64,000 bases of DNA, from assembly GCA_963785305.1 (NCBI GenBank), contig CAWAUV010000005.1, positions 352,001 to 416,000 on the forward strand, in the 5' to 3' direction. Origin of the DNA: an uncultured Planctomycetaceae bacterium (GTDB taxonomy: Bacteria; Planctomycetota; Planctomycetia; Pirellulales; PALSA-1355). A program made the translations under genes and the position numbers. The notes under the pieces are model-generated. The model saw nothing but the letters and a program-made list of their open reading frames with translations. It was not told where the DNA came from and ran no database searches. Below are positions 31,350 through 43,057 of this stretch, piece by piece (position 1 is the stretch's first letter; each line of letters opens with the position of its first letter).

Positions 31350-34300
31350 TTAACGTTCGGTTCGCACGGCCAACGACGCGGTGCGCCAATGCGGACCGGC
31401 CGGTTGACCCATTTGGGATAAATCGACGGCGCCAGAGTGCTGGCTTGATATTTTTTCCAGTACCCGCCCCACGATGCTTCCCAGGTCGCCCAATCGTTGC
31501 GGATGGAGCAACCGGACACTCGGTCGCCAGAGACTTCGGCCCTGCGCGTCGGCGAGCCACTGGGGGCCCAGCGGCACAAACGGACAAATCAGCCAAGTCG
31601 GCGTGCCCACGAGCCCGGCCAGCGCCCACACCGGCCCGTCTTCGGCGATCAACAGGTCCACCGACGCGAGCAGCGCGGCCAATGCCTCGAGCGTCGCGGG
31701 CGCCGTTGCGTCGTCGAACAGATGGTAGTTATCGATCGCGACATCTTCCGGCATGGCAATGCGGCCGGAAAACGCGCGGCGAGCGAGATCGGTCGCAATC
31801 GGTCGATAACGATCGTCGGCGCTGGCGGCCAATCGCATTTCGATGAACTGCGCTTCCGGAGTGCCGGCGCAAATCGCTTGCCACATCGCGCGGCGATCGC
31901 GGACGGCGTCGCTGACCTCGGCGCCAATCAAATGCGCGCCTGCGCCACTCGCCACGCCCACGCGCGGGCCCGGCGGCAACGCGGCGAGGCGGCGATGGAA
32001 CTTCGCCAGCGTCTCGGGCCGAGGCGAAAAGCCGAGTGGCCGTCGCAAGAATCGCGCATGCTCGGAACGCAACCAATTCATCATCGCGGCGCCCGACACC
32101 TGATAGTCGGCCTTGGCGAGGGCCTCGCGACTCCCCCGGCCAAACGCATCGAGCGGGCAAATCGTCGCCCGCGGGAAGGCGGCCGCGAACAGTTCGCCGA
32201 ACACCGGATCGCATTCGATCATGCAGTGCCCGGCTTCAGCCGCGATTTCGCCGAACACGGTGGCGTAGAGCAGTTGGAGTGTCGGGCAGCGCCGGCGCGA
32301 ACGATAATCGTTTTCTGCTGGAGCCATTGCCCGGTCCAGCGAGGCGGCGCGTCGTTCGGATCGGCTGGAGACGTGGCTCGAGTCGCGGCCGCATCGCACA
32401 TTGCAAGCTCCGGCCAAGCGCCACGAAGATCGCCGAGCGCCATGTGAATCAGCGCTCGCTCACGCCGCGCGATGGTCTGTCTTGGATCGAGCCGCAGCGA
32501 TTCATCGAACTCCGCGAGCGCCGCCGGATAGCGTCCCTGGCGAGCCCGCGCGCTGCCGAGCAATTGATGCAGCGAAGCATCTTCCGGGCGTTGCTCGATG
32601 GCTCTCGCGAGCAGCGACTCCGCTTCGGCATTTCGACCGCGACGCGCGTGCGCGGCGGCGGAGTGCGCGAGCAACGCCGCATGTCGGGGCGCGGCCGCGA
32701 GCGATTGGTCGAGGAGCGCCACGGCCCGCGCGGCCCGGCCGGTCGCCTCGAACACGCTGCGCCAAGGCGTCGACCGCGTCGGGTTCATGGGGTTCGATCG
32801 CCAGCGCGCGGCGGAAGCAAGACTCGGCGAGCGCGTATTCGTGGTCGAAGGCCAAGTTTCGCCCCAGTTCGAGCCAAGTGGAGGCGCAGCGCGGTTCGAG
32901 TTGGGCCGCGGTGGTCAACACACGGTGCGCTGCGTCGACACGGCCCAGTTGCATCAAGCTCCGACCTTCGTGCAAATAGGCGTCGAAGTCCTGGGACTCG
33001 AGCCCTGCGCCGCGCGAAAAGGAGCGAGCGCTTCGGCGTGCGAACCCATCCGCTGGAGCGCCAAGCCCAATTCGAGGTGCGCCCTGCGCATTCGCGGAGC
33101 GAGCGCCACCGACTTGCGATAATGGACAACGGCTTCTTCGAATCGACCGCACAGCGCGAGCGAGGCCGCTTGCCAGTAGTGCAGCGTCGGGCTGTCGTCG
33201 GCCGTGGCCAAGGCTCGGCGAAACGATTGAATGGCCAAGTCCTTGCGGCCGGTCTTCAAAGCGATGTGACCCAGGCGGCTATGAGCGGGCGAAAGACGCG
33301 GAGCGATCACGAGCATCTCGCGCAGCAATGCCTCGGACTCGGCATGGCGGCCGGCTTCGTAGAGCGCTTCGGATTCAACGCCCGCTTTCGCCAAGTAGCT
33401 TTTGACCTCGTGCCCCAAGCGATCCGCCTCGCGACGCCAATGCGTCGGATCGCTCGCACTCGGCAATCCGGCGCTCGTAGCGCCGAAATCGGCTTTCGAC
33501 AACGACTCGGGAACGGAAACATGAGTGGCGGCGGAGTGGGCCGTGGAGCTCACGCCGGTTGGCGGCGCGGCCAGGGACGCGGCTGTCGACACTGCCGGTC
33601 GAGTCGCTCGCGGCAGCCCCAAATGCGTATACAACGCGTCGGCGATTTCCTCGAGCACCGGGCGCCAGACTTCGATCGTCCGTTGGCGGAACAGCCGCAC
33701 CGAGTTGTACCAGGGCGTGGAATCTCCCTCGGCCAGCCAGCGCCAACTGGGAACCAGCGGCAACAAGGTCCAGGCCGCGGTGCCCAACGCGCCGGCCAGA
33801 TCGACCGTCGTGTTGACGACCGAGATCACGAGATCGAGGGCCGCGATCTTGGCGGCGAAATCATCCATGTCGATCAGCGGGTCGCCTTCTTCCCAATCTT
33901 GCACCGCCACGCCAAGCTGCTCGCGCACATCGAGAATCTCTTGCGAGGCGTCGCCATATTGCACATTGACGAAATGCGCGCCCGGCGCCGAGAGGATCGG
34001 CGCCCACTCGACAAGCGGCATGCTCCGCTTCAATCGCTCGACGGCCTTGCCGCCCGCCCGCCACGAAACGCCGATCTTGGGCCCCGGGCCTAGCGACGCA
34101 TATCGCTGGCGCCAAAACGCGACTCGCGCCGCGTCGGGAACCAAGAAACTTTTGCGTCGCGGGAAGCTCGCAAGATCGGGCCGCAGCATGAGCGGCAAAC
34201 TTCCCGAGGCGATCTGATAATCGTGCGGCGCGGAAAGCGGCGCGGGAGAACGATCGCTTAGCCGGGCAAACGGCTGCACATCGACCGTCGGAAAACTGCG

Positions 34301-35101
34301 CGTGAACAGCGTCCCCAGCCGCGGATCGCAAACCAAGCTCAGTCGCTCCGCTCGGCCGATCAAGTCGGGCACGCACGATGCAAACAGCACTTCGTCGCCC
34401 ACGCCCTGCTCGCCGTGGATCACCAGGCTTTTGCCTTCGAGCGGCGATCCATCCCAACGCGGCTGGGAATAGTGGTCGAACACGACTTCGCCGACTTCGC
34501 CGCGCATCTCGTAGCCGGGCCATGCCGCGCCGTAGCGACCCTGCAGCAACAGGCACACGGCAAGGTTGTAAATCGCGCGGGGAAAACCGGGTTGATAACA
34601 CAAGGCCGCCTCATAATGGCTGACGGCCTCGTCGAGCTGCTTGATCTCGCGGAGCGAGTTGCCCATGTTGTAGTGCGCGAGCCCGTTGGTCGGATCATGC
34701 TCGAGGCAGCGCCGCGTGGCTTTAATCGCCTCGAGATGCCGCCCTTCCTCGCACAAAATCGCGCCCAGATTGAGCATCAGGCCCGGCAGATCGGGATCGA
34801 CCTTGGCCGCTGCCTCGAGATAAAAATAGGCTTCGCGGTGATCGCGGCGCTTGGCGAGCGCGGCGCCCAGGTCGTTCATCAGATGGATGTTTTGCGGCTG
34901 CCGAGCGAGCGCCGTGCGGAGCACATCGATCGATTCGTCGAGCCGCCCTTGACCGCGCAGCGCAAGGCCCAGCAAGCGCATGGCAAGGTCGTGGTCGGGT
35001 TCGGCCGCGAGCACTTCGCGAGTCAGCCGCTCCGCCTCGATGAAGTGGTCGCTAAACAGGGCATCGCGAGCCGCTTCCAACCGCGATCGAAATGTTGTCA
35101 T
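31350..35101 (-). CDS. TPR + glycosyltransferase protein (FlmG/GT9-like) with two TPR-GT modules; several frameshifts between about 32270 and 33000
   Basis: TPRs, PRWDG, GEQGVGDEV, LFTRSFP, KIGVSW, NVQYG, LDLVISV..LAGALG, SWRW, PWY.SVRLFRQ; a second TPR block, PPRWTG, LFAAAFP, RVGVA, VDLLI..LAGLVG, W.PSVRL. Confidence 0.75.
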
Positions 35102-35137
35102 ACCGCCGCCTCGCCCGGGCCGGGAGAATCGCTTCCA

Positions 35138-35158
35138 TGATGAAACACCGGTTCATCA
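35138..35158. promoter_or_regulatory. Inverted repeat upstream of the TPR-GT/fliD/fliS cluster (possible operator)
   Basis: TGATGAA-N7-TTCATCA perfect 7-bp inverted repeat. Confidence 0.35.
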
Positions 35159-35305
35159 GAAAGATTTCGGCGGGGGCGAAGCAGCGTCTGCGGTGAAACT
35201 AAAAAAAACAGCGCCGGCCGGTGGAATTTCGATCTGTCGTCGCGTGGAGCGCGGGCGCCGCTGGCGCCAGCGGGCATTGCGAATGGGAACAATGCGCCTG
35301 ATGTG

Positions 35306-36466
35306 CTAGCACGCGATCTCGACCCATTGGCCGCTCTTGGCGCTGGCGAGCACCGCGTCGCACACTTTTTGCGTGTGCAAGGCCGTGCGAAAGTCGGGCT
35401 GCACCGGCTTGCCGGTTTCCAAGCTCTCCAGAAAATCGGCCAAGGCATTGATGAACGTGTGCTCGTAACCGATCGTGCAGCCGGGCACCCACCAATGCTT
35501 CATGTAGGGATGCTCGCCATTGGTCACATGCACCTTTTGCCATCCGGTGAGGTGGCTTTCGGTCTTGGCGCCGGACTTGGGGTCGGAATATTTGAAATAT
35601 TGCAAGTACTGCGCGTCTTCGAGATCGAAAAACACGCTGCCGGCTTCGCCGTTGAGCTCGAAGGTGTTGTAGTTCTTGCGGCCGCGGGCATAGCGAGTGC
35701 TCTCGAATGTGCCCATCGAGCCGTTCTTGAACATGGCGAGAAACATGCACGCGTCGTCGATCGTCACCGGCTGGGCCTTGCCAGTCTCGGCATGAATGCG
35801 CTCCTTGACGAATGTCTCCGTGGCGGCCGTCACGCGCGTGATCGGGCCGTTGAGCCATTCGGCCGTGTCGATCGAATGGGCCAACAGATCGCCGGTCACG
35901 CCCGAGCCGGCCACCGCGGCGTCGAGCCGCCAGAGCGCCGCGCCGCCCTGGGGCACGTCGGCCGCGATCGTCCAGTCTTGCAAATACGTGGCGCGATAGT
36001 GAAACGGTCGCCCGATGCGGCCTTCGTCGACGATCTGCTTGGCGAGCGAGATGGCCGGCACGCGGCGATAGTTGAACCACACCATGTTGGGCACGCGGGC
36101 CTTCTCGACCGCGGCCACCATCGCCTCGCCCTCGGCCACATTCATCGCCAGCGGCTTCTCGCACAGGATCATCTTGCCGGCGGCGGCGGCGGCGAGCACG
36201 ATTTCCTGATGGGTGTTGTTGGGCGAGCCGATATCGACGCAATCGATATCCTTGCGATCGATGATCCGCCGCCAATCGGTTTCGTATGATTCATAGCCCC
36301 AGTTTTGGGCAAAGGCTTTGATTTTTTCTTCGTTGCGCGCGCAGCAGGCCTTGAGCACCGGCTTATATTCACGCTTGAAGAACTGGCTGACTTGGCGATA
36401 GGCGTTCGAGTGCGTGCGGCCCATGAAGCCGTAGCCGATCATGCCGATATTCAGGGGTTTGCTCAT
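35306..36466 (-). CDS. Gfo/Idh/MocA family sugar oxidoreductase
   Basis: [39 protein letters not shown]. Confidence 0.93.
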   Translation of the reverse strand: MSKPLNIGMIGYGFMGRTHSNAYRQVSQFFKREYKPVLKACCARNEEKIKAFAQNWGYESYETDWRRIIDRKDIDCVDIGSPNNTHQEIVLAAAAAGKMILCEKPLAMNVAEGEAMVAAVEKARVPNMVWFNYRRVPAISLAKQIVDEGRIGRPFHYRATYLQDWTIAADVPQGGAALWRLDAAVAGSGVTGDLLAHSIDTAEWLNGPITRVTAATETFVKERIHAETGKAQPVTIDDACMFLAMFKNGSMGTFESTRYARGRKNYNTFELNGEAGSVFFDLEDAQYLQYFKYSDPKSGAKTESHLTGWQKVHVTNGEHPYMKHWWVPGCTIGYEHTFINALADFLESLETGKPVQPDFRTALHTQKVCDAVLASAKSGQWVEIAC

Positions 36467-36506
36467 CGTGTGGGGCCTTTATTGCAATGGAGTAATTCAG
36501 GGGAGG

Positions 36507-37157
36507 TTAGTCGACTAAAGCAGCGCGAAGCCACTTGACGAAGAGTTCGACCGTGTCATGGTCGGCGCTCAGATACCGGCAAGTGATCGCGGTTCCCAGG
36601 GGTCTTCCGGGCTGCTCTTGCACGGCGAGCCAAGCGTGGATGCGCGCCTTTGGGAGCGACGCCGGTTTGAATTTGCGATCGGGTTCGGGAATGCTGTCCA
36701 TGAACGCGTCGACACGCGGCAAATCTCGGTCGTCGGACGGAATCAAGAAGGCGGTAAAATCCTCGAGAATGCCTGGCGACGCGTTGTTGGGCATCATCCA
36801 AACGGAAAACCGCTTCGGGCCGAAATCATTATCGAAGACAACCGTTGTCCCGCCAGACTCCGGGGTCTCAGGCAATTCGACGTAGGGCCGCACTTTATTT
36901 CTTATCGCGGCCCATCGCGATTGCACTTTAAGATCAGCGTCGACCATAATCGCGAGACGTTCGAGTCCGCCATCGCGAAGTAGGACGGTGAGTGTATCGA
37001 ACAAATTCTCGATTCCCCCGCCGCTGGGCGAGTCGTCGATTTCGGTCACCTTTCGCGGCTCGATCTTGAAGCACTCCGGCAGGTCATGCTGCTTGCAAAG
37101 GTGCAACACGACATGGAAATCGTCTTTTCCCTCAACGAGAAGAATGCGTTTGCCCAT
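36507..37157 (-). CDS. DUF3226-type TOPRIM-like protein, putative nuclease/effector
   Basis: LLVEGKDD, IMVDAD, WMMPNN..G.LEDF, KARIHAWLA; ATG 2 nt after the ATPase stop. Confidence 0.72.
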   Translation of the reverse strand: MGKRILLVEGKDDFHVVLHLCKQHDLPECFKIEPRKVTEIDDSPSGGGIENLFDTLTVLLRDGGLERLAIMVDADLKVQSRWAAIRNKVRPYVELPETPESGGTTVVFDNDFGPKRFSVWMMPNNASPGILEDFTAFLIPSDDRDLPRVDAFMDSIPEPDRKFKPASLPKARIHAWLAVQEQPGRPLGTAITCRYLSADHDTVELFVKWLRAALVD

Positions 37158-37159
37158 GC

Positions 37160-38302
37160 TCAACGCACCTCGATTTCGTTGCGGGTAATCACGTCCAGGT
37201 CATGTTCGTCGAAGATCACGGCCCGCGTTTTTTCGCCCTTCCGCTCGATTCGAACCAGCACGGCATCGCAACTCAGTTCGTCTTTCGCCGCGAGTTGAAA
37301 CGCTTCGACGCAATCCCAAGAGTGGGAAGTGGCGAAGATTTGCAAGTCATGGGCCTGTGCCGCTTTAAAAACGAATCGCCACAGTTTTTCGAGAACGCTG
37401 TAATGAATTCCGTTTTCGATTTCGTCGAACAAAAGAGCACGCGAGCCCTCCGACGGCGGTTCCGCGTCAAAATCGAGTCCATCGCGTGGAAACAAATTGG
37501 AATGCAACCGCGTGGAATGCTGGATCGCCAGCGCAATTTGAAATATCCGCCCTACGCCATCGCCGAGGCTCTTTAGGGGAATCGGAGCGACGAAATCGTC
37601 ATGATGCACCACAAACATGCGCTCTGGTGGCCTCGCCGGATTCGCAACGAGACTGACTCTCTTTATCGGGGCGATGATCTTCAAGCACTCCAAGACCGCA
37701 TCATCTGCCCCGTCTAGAAGGATGTTATCCCACCAAATGGACGAATCAATTGCAGTTTGCTCTCCACGCACCACAAGCGGCGGCCTGAGGTCGGGCAACC
37801 TCCGCCGGATGGCATGGGCCGCCGTGCGCAATTGAAACGGCCATGACGAGTCTTGCCATCTCACATGCAGTGTGGGGGCCGTCTCACGCGAAAACGGCGC
37901 ACCGGGATTGCCATCGCCGGGATCGTTCGATTGCCATTCGAGATTTTGGACCAGCGATACCTCAATGCCGGTGTTGTTGTTTTTGTCAGGCCCGATACGG
38001 AATCGTTTTGATTCACGGCCGTTTCGTGCCTGACCGTGGAACAGCGATGCGGTCCGCGGTAGAATTTCCTCCGAGCCGAGTTCGGATGCGAACTCGTCGT
38101 GGGTCGCAAGCAAGACGCCGACCGATTCCGAAAGAAAGCCGCGAGAGGCAGCGTGTGTCACTTGCTCATAAAGGCGAATCGCTTCGAGCAATGTCGTCTT
38201 GCCGGTGTTGTTCTTGCCGACGATCAGGTTCACGCGGCCGAGCCGTGGAACTTCCAATTCCTTGAAGCAGCGAAAATTGGAAATGTAAAAGCTCGTCAGC
38301 AC
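37160..38302 (-). CDS. Soluble ABC-type ATPase (AAA_15/AAA_21-like)
   Basis: ISNFRCF, Walker A GKNNTGKT, signature SLGDG, Walker B/D-loop LLFDEIENGIH, H-loop ATSHS. Confidence 0.9.
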   Translation of the reverse strand: MLTSFYISNFRCFKELEVPRLGRVNLIVGKNNTGKTTLLEAIRLYEQVTHAASRGFLSESVGVLLATHDEFASELGSEEILPRTASLFHGQARNGRESKRFRIGPDKNNNTGIEVSLVQNLEWQSNDPGDGNPGAPFSRETAPTLHVRWQDSSWPFQLRTAAHAIRRRLPDLRPPLVVRGEQTAIDSSIWWDNILLDGADDAVLECLKIIAPIKRVSLVANPARPPERMFVVHHDDFVAPIPLKSLGDGVGRIFQIALAIQHSTRLHSNLFPRDGLDFDAEPPSEGSRALLFDEIENGIHYSVLEKLWRFVFKAAQAHDLQIFATSHSWDCVEAFQLAAKDELSCDAVLVRIERKGEKTRAVIFDEHDLDVITRNEIEVR

Positions 38303-38338
38303 GCCAAACGCTCGCTCTCTATCGCCCGCGATATCGCC

Positions 38339-39387
38339 TCAGTCCCATCCGTGCGCAGTGCGCACCGAGATCATCGCCTTCAGAATCTTGTTCCAGGTTT
38401 CCGGGCGCGTCATCACCGCGTTGGGAAACATGCAACCATCCCAGCAAATATGCTCGACGGCCTTCGTCAACCGGCCCGACTCGTCGCGCAGCCAGAAGCC
38501 GGCCACATGCGGAATATCGAGCTTGCCGCCCGGATCGTCGGGCAGGCAGTGGCGGCCGGTCTTGTCGTGCGAGCCGGTTCCATGCACCGTGGCGTCGTTT
38601 TGGGCCACGTGGAAATCGATCGTCCAGGGTCGTAGCGCCGCGGTGAGCTGCTTGAGCCCGGCGTCGAGTTGCTGCTTGTCTTTCCAGTCGAAATTGGCCG
38701 GCAAGATCGCGTCTTCCGGGGCGTTGTAACCCAGCAAATACAAGAGCGTGTGGGCCATGTCGGCCTGGAAGCCGAGATGCTTCGGCCGGTCGACCATTTC
38801 CAGAAGCTGCGTCATGCGGCGCCAACTGTGCATGCCGCCCCAGCAGATCTCGCCTTCGGCCGCCAGTCGCTCGCCGTGGTCGGCCGCGATATCGGCGGCT
38901 TGGCGAAAGGTGTCGGCAATGCGCCGCTGATTGCCCTCGGGATCGGAGAGCCAATCGCCCACGCCGCTGGCCGAATCGATCCGCACCACGCCATAGGGCC
39001 TCGCGCCGATCTCGCGCAGCCGCTTGGCGATCCGGCATCCCTTGCGCACTTGTTCGAGAAACTGTTTGCGCTCGGCTTCCGACCCCATCGCCGCGCCGCC
39101 GCCGGTGGGCGGCCACACCGGCGCCACCACCGACCCGATCGCCAGCCCCGCCGCGCGGCCTTATCAGCCAGCGACTTGAGCTCGTCGTCCGTGGCGTCGA
39201 TGTCGACATGCGGCGCGAACAGGAACAAATCAAACCCGTCGAACTTCACGCCATCGACTTCGGCCGCCGCCGTGAGGTCGAGCATCGTGTCGAGATCGAT
39301 CGGCGGCTCCGAGTCGGGACCCTTGCCCACGACTCCGGGCCATGCCGCATTGTGCAGCTTGGGAAATGAATGCGCGGTGGTGCTCAT
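38339..39387 (-). CDS. Sugar phosphate isomerase/epimerase, xylose-isomerase-like TIM barrel; frameshift near 39145
   Basis: [44 protein letters not shown]. Confidence 0.82.
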
Positions 39388-39410
39388 GGCGGGGGAATCC
39401 TCGTGGGGGT

Positions 39411-40755
39411 TTAGGCAATTGCCTCGGCCGTCGCGGCGGGTTGGGAACCGTTTTTCGACTCGCCCGTGGAGCGCGAAGCCGACTCCGGCTCCGGCGCGTG
39501 TTCGCGCAAATAATCGCCCACCGCGGGCAAGCTCGCAAAGGTGTCGGGCCCGAAATAACGCAGGCCGACCAGCGGCTCGCTGCCCGAGTTTTCGATCTCG
39601 ATGCCTTGCGTGGCCGCTTCGTGACTAATGAACACTTCGTCCTCGGTGTCCTCGCCAAAACGGATCATGGCCGGAGTTTGCAATTGCAAGGGTCCGATTC
39701 GGCCCCGGCCTTGCACCGTAATCCAGCCGCTCGCGCCGGATCGGTGATTCGGCAGCGCGCGCCCGGCGCCACGGTGAGCTCCTTGGCGCTGAAGAGCTGC
39801 TGGCCGTCGACCGTGCCGTACACGATCCAGCGATCCGTGTAGCCCAAGCCGCTGGCGTCGCGATCGACGATCGGCTCGAGGTAGTTGTGGGCCTTGAAGT
39901 CCGGATCGACGTTCTTCTCCCAGTCGAGCTGCGAGATGATGAAGTCGAGGTCCTGATGCTTTTCTTGCGGCACATCTTTCACCAGCAGCGACCAGGGCAC
40001 TTCACGTCCCTCGACAAGCGATTGAAACATCGCGAACACATCGGAGCCCCACTGCGGCTCGTAGGTGCAGAGCGAGCCGGGCGCGTGGAGCACGCCCGGC
40101 GGAATCAGCCAGCCCGTGCCGCGCTTAAGGCGATAGGCTTTCGAAAGATCGAGAATGCCGTTGTCGCCCACGTGCCAATTTTCCAAGCAACGGCGCACCT
40201 GATCCTTGGTCGTGCCGGGCTCGAAGCCCATGAAGGTGTAAGCGAAGTTGTTGTCGACATTGTTGAGCTGCGGCGGAAAGTAATAGCTTTCCGGCTTGCC
40301 TTGCTGGCCGACAAGCGCGGCATGCTCGAAGCCCTGATGCATGTGATGCGGGATCGGGCCCATGTTGTCGAAGAACTTGGAGTAGACCGGCCAGCGCTGG
40401 TAGCGGTTCCACATTTTTTCGCCGATCAAGCGTGAACCGGCCTCGGCCACGGCGTCGCGCAGGAGAAATCGGCTGCCTTCAAACGACACATAGCTGAGTC
40501 CTTCGTCGGGCGTGCGGTTGTCGTTGGCCGCTTCGGTCGTGCTCGCGAACCAGCGTTCGTCGATGCCACCGCGATGTGCGCCGAAAGCATACCAATCGGT
40601 CGGCGCCAATTTGATTCGCTTGCCCGGATGCAGAAAGCTGCGTGGCACCCAGGTGGGCGTGAGCCGCAAGATGCCTTGGCCCGCGTCGATGCCCGGGAGA
40701 GGGCTTGCGAGGCATTGTCGGTCTTGAGCTTTTTCGAAGCCGTTTTTGCCGCCAT
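39411..40755 (-). CDS. Phosphomannose-isomerase type I-like cupin protein; frameshifts near 40700 and 39740
   Basis: [50 protein letters not shown]. Confidence 0.65.
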
Positions 40756-40910
40756 CGATAAAACACTCCGCACAGAGGATTCGACTGAGGAGGGACGCCA
40801 GGAGGGAACTCTCGCCTGTTTCCGCGAAAATCTTCGCCCACGAACATGCGTCGCCGGGATCCGGAGACGATGGCGGGCAAAATCCGAAGAGCGAGAAATC
40901 CGAAAGAATG

Positions 40911-40948
40911 AACCGGTTTGTTGTATTCGCTGGCGCGCCGCCTGACAA
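40911..40948 (-). promoter_or_regulatory. Putative sigma-70 promoter with LacI-type palindrome at the start site of the sugar operon
   Basis: Minus strand TTGTCA-N17-TACAAC (40948-40920) followed directly by AACCGGTT (40911-40918). Confidence 0.5.
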
Positions 40949-41074
40949 GAGTCGCGCCCCCCCGGGGGCAAGCGCGAGGCATTCAAGAACGCCGACGACT
41001 TCGACTGACGAAGCAAAACGCCGGCGACGCATGCCGCCGGACAGCGCCATCCGGGAACTAACAAGCCACGCGGT

Positions 41075-42103
41075 TCAGCTTTGCTGCCGGTTTCGCAGCC
41101 GGGCGCTCACGCGTTCGAGCAGCGCGCGTTCCTTGGCGTCGAGCGCGCAAGTCCGGCTTCATGCAACCGGCCGAGGATTTCGTCGACCTGCCGTTCTTCG
41201 TCGCGTTCGAGCTCGAATTGCCTGCGACGCCGTTCGCGCCGCCGTCGCTCGAACCAGCCGCGCAGCCGACCGATGCGCCGCTTGGGCCGATCGGTTCGCC
41301 GCTCGAGGCTCGTATAGCCCTGCGAGAAGTCGTAACTGAATAGATCGTCGTCCATGTCCGGATCATCGAGCCGAGCCAAGTCGTGCCGCCCGGCAAAGAA
41401 CAGAAATAGGGCGGCCATCGACAAGGGAACCCAGGCCGGGAACCCCTCGACATCCAAAAACTCGTGACCCAGCCAACCCAATAGGCAGACCCCAACCGCC
41501 AGAAACTGCGCCGCCCGAGCCACGATCGCCACGCTGTTGCGATAGTCAAACGCCGGCCACAACAGCGCTCGATACACGCGCACCCCATCGAACGGCGAAG
41601 CCGGCGCCAAGTTCACGAGGAACAGCAGCCAGTTGATCCAATAAGTGAGCTTGATCGACACCGCCCAAATCGGGCCCTCGAACAGATCGGTGGGTCGCAA
41701 CGGATTCAAGAGCGCCAAGAGGCTGCCGCCCACGATCCACGCCGGCGCGCTGGCCAGCATCCAAATCGTGAGATTCACGGCCGGGCCGGCTACGCGCCGT
41801 GACAAGCTCTTGCTGGGGCTCGGGCGCCGGATGCGGGGGCGGCAATCCGCCGATCGGCGTGAGCACGAGCGATTCGCCGTCGACTCCGGCCCGCGCCGCC
41901 GCCGTCAGATGGCCGAGCTCATGGGCCACCACGCTCATGAACAAAATCGCGAGCGCCAAGCATCCGTAGCCCAGGCCCACGCCCGGCTCGCGCGAGGCGA
42001 GCCAGAGCGCCGCGATCGCCAAGAAAAAGAATGATGCATGCAGGCGAATCTGCAATCCGCGTCCGCGATGCAGGCAGACGCTCCAACTGGAGTGATCGCG
42101 CAT
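41075..42103 (-). CDS. Site-2 protease (M50) with C-terminal helical domain; frameshifts near 41800 and 41150
   Basis: IRLHASF, HELGH, AGPAVNL, NLAPASPFDG, VDEILGRLHEAG. Confidence 0.82.
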
Positions 42104-42326
42104 GACAAAGTGTCCGCAAGAAAAACGCCGCGAGCCGCGCTTGGCGAGGGGTTCGGATCGCATTATTTTATCATAAGCGACCCCGGCGAATCAACAAACG
42201 TCTTCGAACGTCGGCCGCTACCGCCGCTGGCGCCCCGGCGGGAACGACCGATTCGAGCGGTTTTGCGGGGGCTGTTCGCGAAGTCCGGCCGCTGGCCCCC
42301 CGATCGGTTCCCCTGGGAAATGACGC

Positions 42327-42860
42327 ATGACCGATCCGCTACTCGAAGAAGTGCTGCTCGTCACCGAGCGATTTCGCGTGGTTCGGCGCCATGAATCGGG
42401 GCCCGATGGCGCCCCGCGCTCCCGGGCCACGATCCAACATCCAGGCGCCGTGGTGATTTTGCCGCTCGTCGACCCGGAAACCGTCTGCTTGATTCGCAAC
42501 TATCGCGTGGCGGTGCGGGAAACGGTCGTCGAACTTCCGGCCGGCACGCTCGAGCCGAGTGAAGACCCGCGGCTGGCCGCCCATCGCGAGCTGGCCGAGG
42601 AAACCGGCTACCGGGCCGCGAGCCTGGAGCCGCTGGCCCTGTGGCTCATGTCGCCCGGCATCTTAAACGAACGCATGCATGTCTATCTGGCCACGGGGCT
42701 CGTTGCCGGAGAACTCGACTTGCAGCCGGGCGAAACGATCGAACCGCTACTGGTCGCCTGGAGCGAGGCGCTCGACATGGTGCGACTCGGCCAAATTCAA
42801 GACGCCAAGACCGTGGCCGCCCTGCTGTTTCACGACCGCTTTCTCCGCGGGAGCGGCTGA
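42327..42860 (+). CDS. NUDIX hydrolase, ADP-ribose pyrophosphatase-like
   Basis: HPGAVVILP, ELPAG...AHRELAEETGY Nudix box, IQDAKT. Confidence 0.92.
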   Translation: MTDPLLEEVLLVTERFRVVRRHESGPDGAPRSRATIQHPGAVVILPLVDPETVCLIRNYRVAVRETVVELPAGTLEPSEDPRLAAHRELAEETGYRAASLEPLALWLMSPGILNERMHVYLATGLVAGELDLQPGETIEPLLVAWSEALDMVRLGQIQDAKTVAALLFHDRFLRGSG

Positions 42861-43057
42861 CAGCCTGTTTATTTAAGCAGGCTGATGAGCGTCGATGTGT
42901 CCCGGCGACGAATTTCCTCGTTCCGCGTGGGCCAATCGACCGACCGGGCATTGCGTGGCGGGCGGCTCGACGTGTGCTACAATTCGCGGCGAGTTTAAAT
43001 CGTGCGCGCGCATGCGCGAAATTCTTTCGACGATGGCTTCCACGATGGGTGTCGGGC

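Noticed and set aside
31415..31450. Possible sigma-28 promoter upstream of fliD (TCAAG...GTCGAT); also GCCGATAG upstream of the ACP gene
   Set aside because: Spacing or the -35 element does not fit TAAA-N15-GCCGATAA.
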